In this document: piece after piece, positions 12,560 to 25,578 of the stretch
Layout of the letters: every line of letters starts with the position of its first letter
Position numbering within the stretch: the first letter of the stretch is position 1
From: Macrostomum lignano
Taxonomy: Eukaryota
Assembly (NCBI GenBank): GCA_002269645.1
Contig: NIVC01002030.1
Span: 223,389-287,388 of the forward strand
Length of the DNA stretch: 64,000 nt
Direction: 5' to 3'
The notes under the pieces: model-generated
Told to the model about the DNA's origin: nothing
What the model saw: only the letters and a program-made list of their open reading frames with translations
Database searches by the model: none
Position numbers and translations under genes: made by a program

Positions 12560-13072
12560 GTGGGGGCGCCATCGTGGGGGTGCCATCGTGGGGGCGCCAT
12601 CGTAGGGGGCGCTATTATAGGGGCGCCATCGTATTCGTAGGGGGCGCCATCGTGGGGGCGCTATCATAGGGGGCGCCATCGTAGGGGGCGCTATCATAGG
12701 GGCGCTATCATAGGGGCGCTATCATAGGGGCGCTATCATAGGGGCGCTATCATAGGGGGCGCCATCGTAGGGGGCGCCATCGTAGGGGGCACTATCATAG
12801 GGGGCGCCATCGTAGGGGCGCTATCATAGGGGGCGCCATCGTAGGGGCGAAATCGTGGGGGCGCAATCGTAGGGGGGCCAGCCATGTAGGGGGCGTGGAA
12901 TCAGCGCCATCATGGGATCGTGGGGGGGCGCCAGTAGCAAGGCCTGGGGGCGCCAGTAGCAAGGCCTGGGGGGCGCCAGTAGCAAGGCCTGGGGGGCGCC
13001 AGTAGCAAGGCCTGGGGGGCGCCAGTAGCAAGGCCTGGGGGGCGCCAGTAGCAAGGTCTGGGGGGCGCCATC
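12560..13072. repeat. Composite G-rich array: 14-15-bp gggggcgccatcgta, then about 23-bp ggggggcgccagtagcaaggcct
   Basis: Two adjacent unit types share a G-run plus GCGCC/GCGCT core. Confidence 0.92.
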
Positions 13073-13734
13073 GCTGCCGCTGCTAAGCTGTAAAACGGTA
13101 ACAGAACGGTAAAATGACGTTTAAAACTGTTTTAGTAAGCCTCCAAGCTCCCAGTCCAGTCCATCGTTGCGAGTTTCAGAAGTCCTTGGCAAGGGGCACC
13201 CCTCTCCCTTCTGTCAACGCTTTGCCTATGTAAATAAATGAATGGTCGGGACGGTCCGCCCCTCGAGGCCCCTCTCGAGTCGAAAATATGAGTCACAGAC
13301 CCCCAACTCCGAACAAAGCGCACAGGCAGACAGAGGGAGGGCTTTCGGGAAAATTCTCCCAAAAATAAAGCTTTACACTTATACACTCACTAATGCCTAT
13401 TAGACATTACAGTATTATGCAGTGTTTATTAACGATTGTCCATTGACAATGTGGGTGCGCGGTATCCCATTGTGCTGGGGAAATGTGCGAATTCATAGAC
13501 TATATTATACGTATTATATTATCAATATAGACTTGAAAATGGTCCCTTATTTAATGCCATTGAGCGGGGTGTAACTTTTAGGCTCCGTAAGCTGGGGAAG
13601 GTCAACAAATTTTAGGAGGTGAAATTTTGATGTGTTGATTGCGAAATGTGCATAGGTGGCCTCACCTTGCTATTGGCGATATTGGCAATTTATTATTCAA
13701 AGAGTGACAAAGCCCGTGTGGAATAGCTTATGTC

Positions 13735-16700
13735 ATACACTCATTTTGGCGCCTAGAGACTCATTTTGGCGCCTAGCCAACTATTTTGGCGCCTAGACAA
13801 CCATTTTGGCTTACAAATAACCATTTTGGCGCCTAGACAATCGTTTTGGCGCCTAGACAACCATTTTGGCGACTAGACAATCATTTTGGCGACTAGACAA
13901 TCATTTTGGCGTCTAGAAAATCATTTTGGCGCCTAGACAATCATTTTAGTTTCTAGAAAACCATTTTGGCTTACAAATAACCATTTTGGCGCCTAGAAAA
14001 TCGTTTTGGCGCCTAGACAACCATTTTGGCGACTAGACAATCATTTTGGCGACTAGAAAATCATTTTGGCGTCTAGAAAATCATTTTGGCGCCTAGACAA
14101 TCATTTTGGTTTCTAGAAAACCATTTTGGTGCCTAGACAACCATTTTGGCGCCTAGGCAACCATTTTGGCGTCTAGAAAATCATTTTGGCGTCTAGAAAA
14201 CCATTTTGGCGCCTAGGCAACCATTTTGGCGTCTAGAAAATCATTTTGGCGACTAGACAATCATTTTGGCGTCTAGAAAATCATTTTGGCGCCTAGACAA
14301 TCATTTTGGTTTCTAGAAAACCATTTTGGTGCCTAGACAACCATTTTTGCGCCTAGGCAACCATTTTGGCGTCTAGAAAACCATTTTGGCGTCTAGAAAA
14401 CCATTTTGGCGCCTAGGCAACCATTTTGGCGTCTAGAAAATCATTTTGGCGACTAGACAATCATTTTGGCGTCTAGAAAACCATTTTGGCGCCTAGGCAA
14501 CCATTTTGGCGTCTAGAAAATCATTTTGGCGACTAGACAATCATTTTGGCGTCTAGAAAATCATTTTGGCGCCTAGACAATCATTTTGGTTTCTAGAAAA
14601 CCATTTTGGTGCCTAGACAACCATTTTGGCGCCTAGGCAACCATTTTGGCGTCTAGAAAACCATTTTGGTATCTAGAACACCATTTTGGCGCCTAGGCAA
14701 CCATTTTGGCTCACAAATAACCATTTTGGCGCCTAGAAAATCGTTTTGGCGCCTAGACAATCATTTTGGCGCCTAGACAACCATTTTGGCGCCTAGACAA
14801 TCATTTTGGCGCCTAGAAAATCATTTTAGTTTCTAGAAAACCATTTTGGCTCACAAATAACCATTTTGGCGCCTAGAAAATCGTTTTGGCGCCTAGACAA
14901 CCATTTTGGCGACTAGACAATCATTTTGGCGACTAGACAATCATTTTGGTTTCTAGAAAACCATTTTGGTGCCTAGACAACCATTTTGGCGCCTAGGCAA
15001 CCATTTTGGCGTCTAGAAAACCATTTTGGCGCCTAGGCAACCATTTTGGCGTCTAGAAAATCATTTTGGCGACTAGACAATCATTTTGGCGTCTAGAAAA
15101 TCATTTTGGCGCTTAGACAATCATTTTGGTTTCTAGAAAACCATTTTGGTGCCTAGACAACCATTTTGGCGCCTAGGCAACCATTTTGGCGTCTAGAAAA
15201 CCATTTTGGCGTCTAGAAAACCATTTTGGCGCCTAGGCAACCATTTTGGCGTCTAGAAAATCATTTTGGCGACTAGACAATTATTTTGGCGTCTAGAAAA
15301 CCATTTTGGCGCCCAGAAAATCGTTTTGGCGCCTAGACAACCATTTTGGCGACTAGACAATCATTTTGGCGACTAGACAATCATTTTGGCGTCTAGAAAA
15401 TCATTTTGGCGCCTAGACAATCATTTTGGTTTCTAGAAAACCATTTTGGTGCCTAGACAACCATTTTGGCGCCTAGGCAACCATTTTGGCGTCTAGAAAA
15501 CCATTTTGGCGCCTAGGCAACCATTTTGGCGACTAGACAATCATTTTGGCGCTTAGACAATCATTTTGGCGTCTAGAAAATCATTTTGGCGACTAGACAA
15601 TCATTTTGGCGTCTAGAAAACCATTTTGGCGCCTAGGCAACCATTTTGGCGTCTAGAAAATCATTTTGGCGCTTAGACAATCATTTTGGTTTCTAGAAAA
15701 CCATTTTGGTGCCTAGACAACCATTTTGGCGCCTAGGCAACCATTTTGGCGTCTAGAAAACCATTTTGGCGCTTAGACAATCATTTTGGTTTCTAGAAAA
15801 CCATTTTGGTGCCTAGACAACCATTTTGGCGCCTAGGCAACCATTTTGGCGTCTAGAAAACCATTTTGGCGTCTAGAAAACCATTTTGGCGCCTAGGCAA
15901 CCATTTTGGCGTCTAGAAAATCATTTTGGCGACTAGACAATCATTTTGGCGTCTAGAAAACCATTTTGGCGTCTAGAACACCATTTTGGCGCCTAGGCAA
16001 CCATTTTGGCTCACAAATAACCATTTTGGCGCCTAGAAAATCGTTTTGGCGCCTAGACAATCATTTTGGCGCCTAGACAACCATTTTGGCGCCTAGACAA
16101 TCATTTTGGCGCCTAGAAAATCATTTTAGTTTCTAGAAAACCATTTTGGCTCACAAATAACCATTTTGGCGCCTAGAAAATCGTTTTGGCGCCTAGACAA
16201 CCATTTTGGCGACTAGACAATCATTTTGGCGACTAGACAATCATTTTGGCGTCTAGAAAATCATTTTGGCGCCTAGACAATCATTTTGGTTTCTAGAAAA
16301 CCATTTTGGTGCCTAGACAACCATTTTGGCGCCTAGGCAACCATTTTGGCGTCTAGAAAACCATTTTGGCGCCTAGGCAACCATTTTGGCGTCTAGAAAA
16401 TCATTTTGGCGACTAGACAATCATTTTGGCGTCTAGAAAATCATTTTGGCGACTAGAAAATCATTTTGGCGTCTAGAAAATCATTTTGGCGCCTAGACAA
16501 TCATTTTGGTTTCTAGAAAACCATTTTGGTGCCTAGACAACCATTTTGGCGCCTAGGCAACCATTTTGGCGTCTAGAAAATCATTTTGGCGTCTAGAAAA
16601 CCATTTTGGCGCCTAGGCAACCATTTTGGCGTCTAGAAAATCATTTTGGCGACTAGACAATCATTTTGGCGTCTAGAAAATCATTTTGGCGCCTAGACAA

Positions 16701-19700
16701 TCATTTTGGTTTCTAGAAAACCATTTTGGTGCCTAGACAACCATTTTGGCGCCTAGGCAACCATTTTGGCGTCTAGAAAACCATTTTGGCGTCTAGAAAA
16801 CCATTTTGGCGCCTAGGCAACCATTTTGGCGTCTAGAAAATCATTTTGGCGACTAGACAATCATTTTGGCGTCTAGAAAACCATTTTGGCGCCTAGGCAA
16901 CCATTTTGGCGTCTAGAAAATCATTTTGGCGACTAGACAATCATTTTGGCGTCTAGAAAATCATTTTGGCGCCTAGACAATCATTTTGGTTTCTAGAAAA
17001 CCATTTTGGTGCCTAGACAACCATTTTGGCGCCTAGGCAACCATTTTGGCGTCTAGAAAACCATTTTGGCATCTAGAACACCATTTTGGCGCCTAGGCAA
17101 CCATTTTGGCTCACAAATAACCATTTTGGCGCCTAGAAAATCGTTTTGGCGCCTAGACAATCATTTTGGCGCCTAGACAACCATTTTGGCGCCTAGACAA
17201 TCATTTTGGCGCCTAGAAAATCATTTTAGTTTCTAGAAAACCATTTTGGCTCACAAATAACCATTTTGGCGCCTAGAAAATCGTTTTGGCGCCTAGACAA
17301 CCATTTTGGCGACTAGACAATCATTTTGGCGACTAGACAATCATTTTGGTTTCTAGAAAACCATTTTGGTGCCTAGACAACCATTTTGGCGCCTAGGCAA
17401 CCATTTTGGCGTCTAGAAAACCATTTTGGCGCCTAGGCAACCATTTTGGCGTCTAGAAAATCATTTTGGCGACTAGACAATCATTTTGGCGTCTAGAAAA
17501 TCATTTTGGCGCTTAGACAATCATTTTGGTTTCTAGAAAACCATTTTGGTGCCTAGACAACCATTTTGGCGCCTAGGCAACCATTTTGGCGTCTAGAAAA
17601 CCATTTTGGCGTCTAGAAAACCATTTTGGCGCCTAGGCAACCATTTTGGCGTCTAGAAAATCATTTTGGCGACTAGACAATTATTTTGGCGTCTAGAAAA
17701 CCATTTTGGCGCCCAGAAAATCGTTTTGGCGCCTAGACAACCATTTTGGCGACTAGACAATCATTTTGGCGACTAGACAATCATTTTGGCGTCTAGAAAA
17801 TCATTTTGGCGCCTAGACAATCATTTTGGTTTCTAGAAAACCATTTTGGTGCCTAGACAACCATTTTGGCGCCTAGGCAACCATTTTGGCGTCTAGAAAA
17901 CCATTTTGGCGCCTAGGCAACCATTTTGGCGTCTAGAAAATCATTTTGGCGACTAGACAATCATTTTGGCGTCTAGAAAATCATTTTGGCGCTTAGACAA
18001 TCATTTTGGCGTCTAGAAAATCATTTTGGCGACTAGACAATCATTTTGGCGTCTAGAAAACCATTTTGGCGCCTAGGCAACCATTTTGGCGTCTAGAAAA
18101 TCATTTCGGCGCTTAGACAATCATTTTGGTTTCTAGAAAACCATTTTGGTGCCTAGACAACCATTTTGGCGCCTAGGCAACCATTTTGGCGTCTAGAAAA
18201 CCATTTTGGCGCTTAGACAATCATTTTGGTTTCTAGAAAACCATTTTGGTGCCTAGACAACCATTTTGGCGCCTAGGCAACCATTTTGGCGTCTAGAAAA
18301 CCATTTTGGCGTCTAGAAAACCATTTTGGCGCCTAGGCAACCATTTTGGCGTCTAGAAAATCATTTTGGCGACTAGACAATCATTTTGGCGTCTAGAAAA
18401 CCATTTTGGCGTCTAGAACACCATTTTGGCGCCTAGGCAACCATTTTGGCTCACAAATAACCATTTTGGCGCCTAGAAAATCGTTTTGGCGCCTAGACAA
18501 TCATTTTGGCGCCTAGACAACCATTTTGGCGCCTAGACAATCATTTTGGCGCCTAGAAAATCATTTTAGTTTCTAGAAAACCATTTTGGCTCACAAATAA
18601 CCATTTTGGCGCCTAGAAAATCGTTTTGGCGCCTAGACAACCATTTTGGCGACTAGACAATCATTTTGGCGACTAGACAATCATTTTGGCGTCTAGAAAA
18701 TCATTTTGGCGCCTAGACAATCATTTTGGTTTCTAGAAAACCATTTTGGTGCCTAGACAACCATTTTGGCGCCTAGGCAACCATTTTGGCGTCTAGAAAA
18801 CCATTTTGGCGCCTAGGCAACCATTTTGGCGTCTAGAAAATCATTTTGGCGACTAGACAATCATTTTGGCGTCTAGAAAATCATTTTGGCGCTTAGACAA
18901 TCATTTTGGTTTCTAGAAAACCATTTTGGTGCCTAGACAACCATTTTGGCGCCTAGGCAACCATTTTGGCGTCTAGGAAACCATTTTGGCGTCTAGAAAA
19001 CCATTTTGGCGCCTAGGCAACCATTTTGGCGTCTAGAAAATCATTTTGGCGACTAGACAATTATTTTGGCGTCTAGAAAACCATTTTGGCGCCTAGAAAA
19101 TCGTTTTGGCGCCTAGACAACCATTTTGGCGACTAGACAATCATTTTGGCGACTAAACAATCATTTTGGCGTCTAGAAAATCATTTTGGCGCCTAGACAA
19201 TCATTTTGGTTTCTAGAAAACCATTTTGGTGCCTAGACAACCATTTTGGCGCCTAGGCAACCATTTTGGCGTCTAGAAAACCATTTTGGCGCCTAGGCAA
19301 CCATTTTGGCGTCTAGAAAATCATTTTGGCGACTAGACAATCATTTTGGCGTCTAGAAAATCATTTTGGCGCTTAGACAATCATTTTGGCGTCTAGAAAA
19401 TCATTTTGGCGACTAGACAATCATTTTGGCGTCTAGAAAACCATTTTGGCGCCTAGGCAACCATTTTGGCGTCTAGAAAATCATTTTGGCGCTTAGACAA
19501 TCATTTTGGTTTCTAGAAAACCATTTTGGTGCCTAGACAACCATTTTGGCGCCTAGGCAACCATTTTGGCGTCTAGAAAACCATTTTGGCGTCTAGAAAA
19601 CCATTTTGGCGCCTAGGCAACCATTTTGGCGTCTAGAAAATCATTTTGGCGACTAGACAATCATTTTGGCGTCTAGAAAACCATTTTGGCGCCTAGGCAA

Positions 19701-20101
19701 CCATTTTGGCGTCTAGAAAATCATTTTGGCGACTAGACAATCATTTTGGCGTCTAGAAAATCATTTTGGCGCCTAGACAATCATTTTGGTTTCTAGAAAA
19801 CCATTTTGGTGCCTAGACAACCATTTTGGCGCCTAGAAAATCATTTTGGCGCCTATAGCTCGTACAACTATTTTGGCGTCTACACAACCATTTTGGCTCC
19901 CAGATATCCATTTTGGCGCCTAGACACTGATTTTGGCGCCTAGACACTGATTTTGGCGCCTAGACACTGATTTTGGCGCCTAGACACTGATTTTGGCGCC
20001 TAGACACTGATTTTGGCGCCTAGACACTGATTTTGGCGCCTAGACACTGATTTTGGTGCCTAGACACTGATTTTGGCGCCTAGACACTGATTTTGGCGCC
20101 T
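13735..20101. repeat. 20-bp satellite (c/t)cattttggcg(c/t/a)ctag(a/g)(c/a)aa with higher-order structure
   Basis: 306 units in unbroken 20-bp register from 13741 to 19860. Rare variants recur 2400 bp apart. A homogeneous tail (cactgattttggcgcctaga) runs about 19905-20101. Confidence 0.99.
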
Positions 20102-20539
20102 AATACATGGGCCGTCAGGATCTAGATTTCTACCTGGTAAAGTTCGCTTAGGTTTACCAGCCCCTGATTACAACTTACGTTCCAAACCAAGTGGTCTTGG
20201 CGATAACGATCCCAAAACAACAATTTTCGAATTCAGAATTTCAACTTTATTCAAGCGTATTAAATAATATAGAAATTGGGTGACGAAATAAAATATAGCA
20301 ACGACAATTGCAGAACCAACCATCACCTAATTATCAAAGTGCCAAACGCAGGTGTGCAGGGGGTCACCCCATGCATTTAAAGTTCCTCAGAGATTAATAA
20401 ATAGTAAATATAAAATACGTATGGGTGGTATCGAATGTTTGTTACTGAGACGAACTCAGATGAGTCACTGCTTGCACATTTGAATTGTGAAATTTTACCT
20501 TGCAGGTAAGGTAAACTTGGCAGTAAGGCCCGCGCTGGG

Positions 20540-20870
20540 TTCTGTCTCTTCTAAGATCTCTTGTTTCATCTCATCTCCTCTTTCATCTCCTCTCATCGCT
20601 ATCATCTATTCTCAGCCTTTCTATATTCTTATCTTCTCTCTTATTCAAACTCTCATCCCATCTCTCTTCCCATCTCATTTGACATCTCATCTGATTTCTA
20701 ATTTTATCTTTCATCTCTCTCTCCTCTTCTCAATCTTCTCAATCTTCTATCTTACATCTTCTCTCACTCATCTCATCTCATCTTTTCTCCCTCCCCTCTC
20801 CTCTCACTTTTCTCTCTTCTCTCCCCTCTCCCTTCTCTGCATCTCTTCCCTCATCTCTCATTTCCTCTCA
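20540..20870. repeat. CT-rich low-complexity tract
   Basis: Repeated tcatctctc-like words. Confidence 0.7.
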
Positions 20871-20909
20871 ATTTGCTTGCAGCCATAAGTTGAATTTTTT
20901 ATCTGGCCT

Positions 20910-21680
20910 CTTAAGCGCCACAGTAAAAGATTTAAGCGCCACAAACAAAGATTTAAGCGCCACAAACAAAGATTTAAGCGCCACAAACAAAGATTTAAGC
21001 GCCACAAACAAAGATTTAAGCGCCACAATCAAAGATTTACGCGCCACAATCAAAGATTTAAGCGCCACAAACAAAGATTTAAGCGCCACAAACAAAGATT
21101 TAAGCGCCACAATCAAAGATTTAAGCGCCACAAACAAAGATTTAAGCGCCACAAACAAAGATTTAAGCGCCACAAACAAAGATTTAAGCGCCACAAACAA
21201 AGATTTAAGCGCCACAATCAAAGATTTACGCGCCACAATCAAAGATTTAAGCGCCACAAACAAAGATTTAAGCGCCACAAACAAAGATTTAAGCGCCACA
21301 AACAAAGATTTAAGCGCCACAATCAAAGATTTAAGCGCCATAATCAAAGATTTAAGCACCACAATCAAAGATTTAAGCGCCACAATCAAAATTTAAGCGC
21401 CCCAAATTCAAAGATTTAAGCACCACAATCAAAGATTTAAGCGCCACAATCAAAGATTTAAGCGCCATAATCAAAGATTTAAGCACCACAATCAAAGATT
21501 TAAGCGCCACAATCAAAATTTAAGCGCCCCAAATTCAAAGATTTAAGCGCCACAATCAAAATTTAAGCGCCACAATCAAAATTTAAGCGCCCCAAATTCA
21601 AAGATTTAAGCGCCACAATCAAAGATTTAAGCGCCACAATCAAAATTTAAGCGCCACAAACAGAGATTTAAGCGCCACAG
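20910..21680. repeat. 21-bp minisatellite aaagatttaagcgccacaa(a/t)c
   Basis: 7-aa periodic spurious ORF (KDLSATN). Confidence 0.97.
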
Positions 21681-22019
21681 CCACAATTTCCCTATCATTC
21701 CCACGGATGAAGTTTTACTTCATCCAGTTAGTTACCGAGTGGCAAGCTGGGGCCATTGAATTGGAAACGAAGGCATGATTTCGGGCAGAATTTCGGGCAA
21801 AATTTATTAATTGATGAGGGAGGAATGAAGGGATTGTAAAATATGGTTGGCTACATTGTATTTGTGCCCGACACTTTAACCATGGTAAAATGCATTTCCA
21901 CATCTGTAGAATCACTTCCCGCTTACCTTTAGACTAAATAATCAATCTGGTTAACTTTGATCTGGTCTTCTGTTGTTGCGTGGAATCTTTTGAACAGATC
22001 AGGGAGAGATGAAAGGCTG

Positions 22020-22880
22020 GAAGAGTAAACCTATGATGAAAGTGAAGAGAGGATAAAGAGATGAAGGGAGAGGACAGAGAGATGAAGGGAGAAGACAGGC
22101 ATCGTTACCTCCAGGAGAAAATTCGCAGTGAGGAAAGCCCTTTCTGCCTCTCCGGTGTCGAGAATGCGGAGCACTTCATCTGTGAATGCCCCGCCTTGAC
22201 TCAGGTCAGGCTCACCTACCTCGGCCCAAACCCGGACCTCTCCGACGTTTTCAGGCCCGAGAATCTCTGCCAGCTCGTCCGCTACCTAAGGGCTACCGGG
22301 CGAGCGACAATCCACCTCCTGGACTCTCCGGAGGGGGACCGCGCTGCGGACGCCGGCGCCACCGGAACTCCCTGCGCGACACCGCAGCACCAGCTGCCCG
22401 TGGTCGCCAGGGGTTAGCGAAATGGGCGGCAACGCCTCCTCGCTGTTTCCGGACGCACGGAGCCCCCTGCAGCTAAGTCAAGTAAGTCAAGTGAAGGGAG
22501 AAAAGAGGACAGAGAGATGAAGGGAGATGAGAGACAGAGAGATGAAGGGAGATGAGAGAACAGAGAGATGAAGGGAGATGAGAGAACAGAGAGATGAAGG
22601 GAGATGAGAGGGTGGAGAGATGAATGGTGAGAAGAGGACAGAGAGATGAAGGGAGATGAGAGACAGAGAGATGAAGGGAGATGAGAGAACAGAGAGATGA
22701 AGGGAGATGAGAGAACAGATAGATGAAGGGAGATGAGAGGGTGGAGAGATGAATGGTGAGAAGAGGACAGAGAGATGAAGGAGATGATAGGACAGAGAGA
22801 TGAAGGGAGAGAAGAGGACAGAGAGATGAAGGGAGAGGAGAGGACAGGAAGGGAAGAAGGAAAAGACAGAGTAGAGAGAT
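22020..22880. repeat. GA-rich degenerate array (gagagatgaaggga...) interrupted by a LINE fragment
   Basis: Same words at 22020-22097 and 22493-22880. Confidence 0.85.
22098..22492 (+). mobile_element. 5'-truncated 3' end of a non-LTR retrotransposon (LINE; R1/LOA/I-like C-terminal Zn knuckle)
   Basis: Translation [16 protein letters not shown]...[22 protein letters not shown]...[10 protein letters not shown] resembles the ORF2 C-terminal CCHC region (one Cys lost). Ends in a short tandem tail, taagtcaagtaagtcaagt. Confidence 0.75.
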
Positions 22881-23739
22881 GAAGGGATCGAGGTGATAAT
22901 ATTCTGCAGCAGTGACAACATAGAACTCTCTGATATGTTAGAATTTGCATGCATTACATATATACACAAAAGTTTACTGGACTTAACAAGCATTTCCCAG
23001 AAAGGCAGACAGTGCACTTAAGAAAGCGCCTTAGCGACTGGGATGAAGAAGTGGAGATACAAAAATACAGCACACCAGCTGCCTGTCAAACATCAAAGAT
23101 GCCAATTGCCTAGTAACTATTAGAAAGCCTAGATAGTATATATAATTACCAAGACAGGCAAAAGGGCGGTATACATTATAAGCCTCTTTAAGCCCCAAAA
23201 ACTTCCTTGGACCAGCTCATGATCCAGATGACATTTTAGACATCATAGCAACTAACAATGATACTTATTTCCAAGTTTTATGATGAAATCAATCCAGGTT
23301 TGCGGTAGGATTGGTGTAATTTAGTTACTATGCCAGTTCTTAACCCATAATCGTGCATTGTCTTTTCAAATGATGGTTAAAGCAACAGTGATATCAGACG
23401 AAACCCCAAATTGGTTGTTATTTTTGAATGCATTTATATTTATAGCGTGATTTCTAATATTTATTTGATACCTTATAAACTAGCTCATAAATTCACAATA
23501 AACTCACTCACAATCTTAAACTCCTCAATCAAAAAATAGCTCATTTGACTGCGTCACTTCGACAAAAATTAGTCACAAAATTTTTACTGTAAGTCACAAC
23601 TGCATTTACCTACTCAATAGTAGCGTTGTTTGCTGATTATAAGCCATAGAATACCAGAATATTCCTCCGTAATATTGCTGCAATAGCCAGAGAGCAATTT
23701 ATCAAAACTCTCGACTCACTGAGAGTTGTCGAGACTCTC

Positions 23740-24110
23740 TTGCTTACTGAGTCTCTTGGCGCCTCACTGACTCTTTGGCGCCTCACTAACTCCTTTGGCG
23801 CCTCATCAACACTCTTGGTGCCTGACTGACTCCCTTCGCGCCTCACTGACTCTCTTGGCGCTTCACTGACTCTTTTGGCGCCTCACTGACTATCTTAGCG
23901 CCTCACTGACTGACTCTCTTGGCGCCTTACTGACTCTCTTGGCGCCTTACTGACTCTCTTGGCGCCTTACTGACTCTCTTGGCGCCTTACTGACTCTCCT
24001 GGCGCCTTACTGACTCTCTTGGCGCCTTACTGACTCTCTTGGCGCCTCACTGACTTCCTTGGCGCCTCACTGACTCTTTTGGCGCCTCACTGACTCACCT
24101 GGCACCTGAA
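23740..24110. repeat. 20-bp minisatellite ggcgcct(t/c)actgactctctt
   Basis: Tandem copies with a ttggcgcc core. Confidence 0.93.
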
Positions 24111-24762
24111 CGTGATAAAAAATACTGTTGCTATTGAGACTTTCACAACTGAATTTAACCTTATTTGTTCCCTGAACTTACCAGACCAAATTAACAAAGT
24201 ATTCTGGCAAACTATTGTTCCTCATTAGAAATCTAGACTAAATGACTAATTGATAGATTAAATAAATAAGCAAATCACGGACTGATTACTGCTTTAATAG
24301 CTGACAATACAGTTCCTCTAGAGTATGACAGGTCTGCGCTTCTGTTTGTCTCAAAGTCTATATTTATAGTTTTAAAAACCAAACAACAGGTTGGCACTGC
24401 AGTTAATGATGCGTTACAGCTTATTAAACTGAGTAGGGGAAAAGTAAATGTAAAATAAGGTGTTGTTTTTTAGCTCGCGCGAGTTGCCAAGCGGGTGGGG
24501 AAAATAATTAGATGGAAAGTTTTGCTTGTTCGTGTGGCACACAGGTAAGCATGCAGGTGTGTTAATATTAGTTACAGGTATTAGTCCCGTGTTAGTAACT
24601 CACAAACACGGCTCCCACAGCAGGGCAGAAGGTTGCCAGAACTCAAGCAAACCTTACTAATAATGAAAAGGCCGAAAATGAATCAGAAAGGAATTATGAA
24701 TAAAAGAAAAATTTCCCAACAAAAAAGCTCCGCTGGTTTCTGTCTTTTTTTATAAAAAAGGA

Positions 24763-25244
24763 TTAAAGTTCTCGAACAGCAGCGAAGCTGGCTCCCTGCT
24801 GCTGCGGCTGCTGAGGTGGAGGCTGAGGCTGCGATGAAGCGGATACTGCCTGCTGTTGTGCCGAAGCTCCCTGCTGAGTCTGCTTGCCGCTGTCCCGCCT
24901 ATCAAAGTCTCCAGCTGCGGCCTGACTTAGCCAGCTGGCATAAGCTGAGCTGCTATCGTCCTGCCCGGCAACAATAAATGCAGATGATGATGAGGACTGA
25001 GCCTGATGATGATGATGATGCTGAGACTGCGGCTGCTGAGGAGACTGGCCGCCGCCTCCACCACCGCCACCGCCGCCGCCGATTGGCTGAAGGTAGGCCG
25101 CAGGAGGCGGCGGCGGTGGTGGCGGCGGAGGCGGAGGCGGCAGCGGCGGAGGTGGCGCCAGACTGGGCCAGGCGACCAGCGCCTGCGGCAGCCATGGCGG
25201 CTGTTGGGTGCCCCAGGGCGCGGTGCAGAAACCGCCGTCCAGCA

Positions 25245-25291
<47 letters not shown>

Positions 25292-25547
25292 CCAGGATAA
25301 TAGGCCAAAGTGCAGACTCCGGCTCCCTGACCGGCGCTAGGATCGCACGGCATAGCCGGTTGCCAAGCAGTTGCCGGGTAGGCGATATGAGCCGGCATTG
25401 GCGGCAGCTGCTGCTGCTGCTGCTGCTGCTGCTGAGGATGCAGCAGATGGTGCAACGGCGGCAGAGACGGTTGAAGGGGCGGCGGCGGCGGTGGCGGCAG
25501 CAGCTGGTGCGGCTGCATCAAGTGATAGGGCTGCGCAGCTTGGTAGA

Positions 25548-25578
<31 letters not shown>

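Noticed and set aside
13735-20101. CRISPR-like appearance of regularly spaced repeats
   Set aside because: No unique spacers, no cas genes and a eukaryotic context; it is a head-to-tail satellite.
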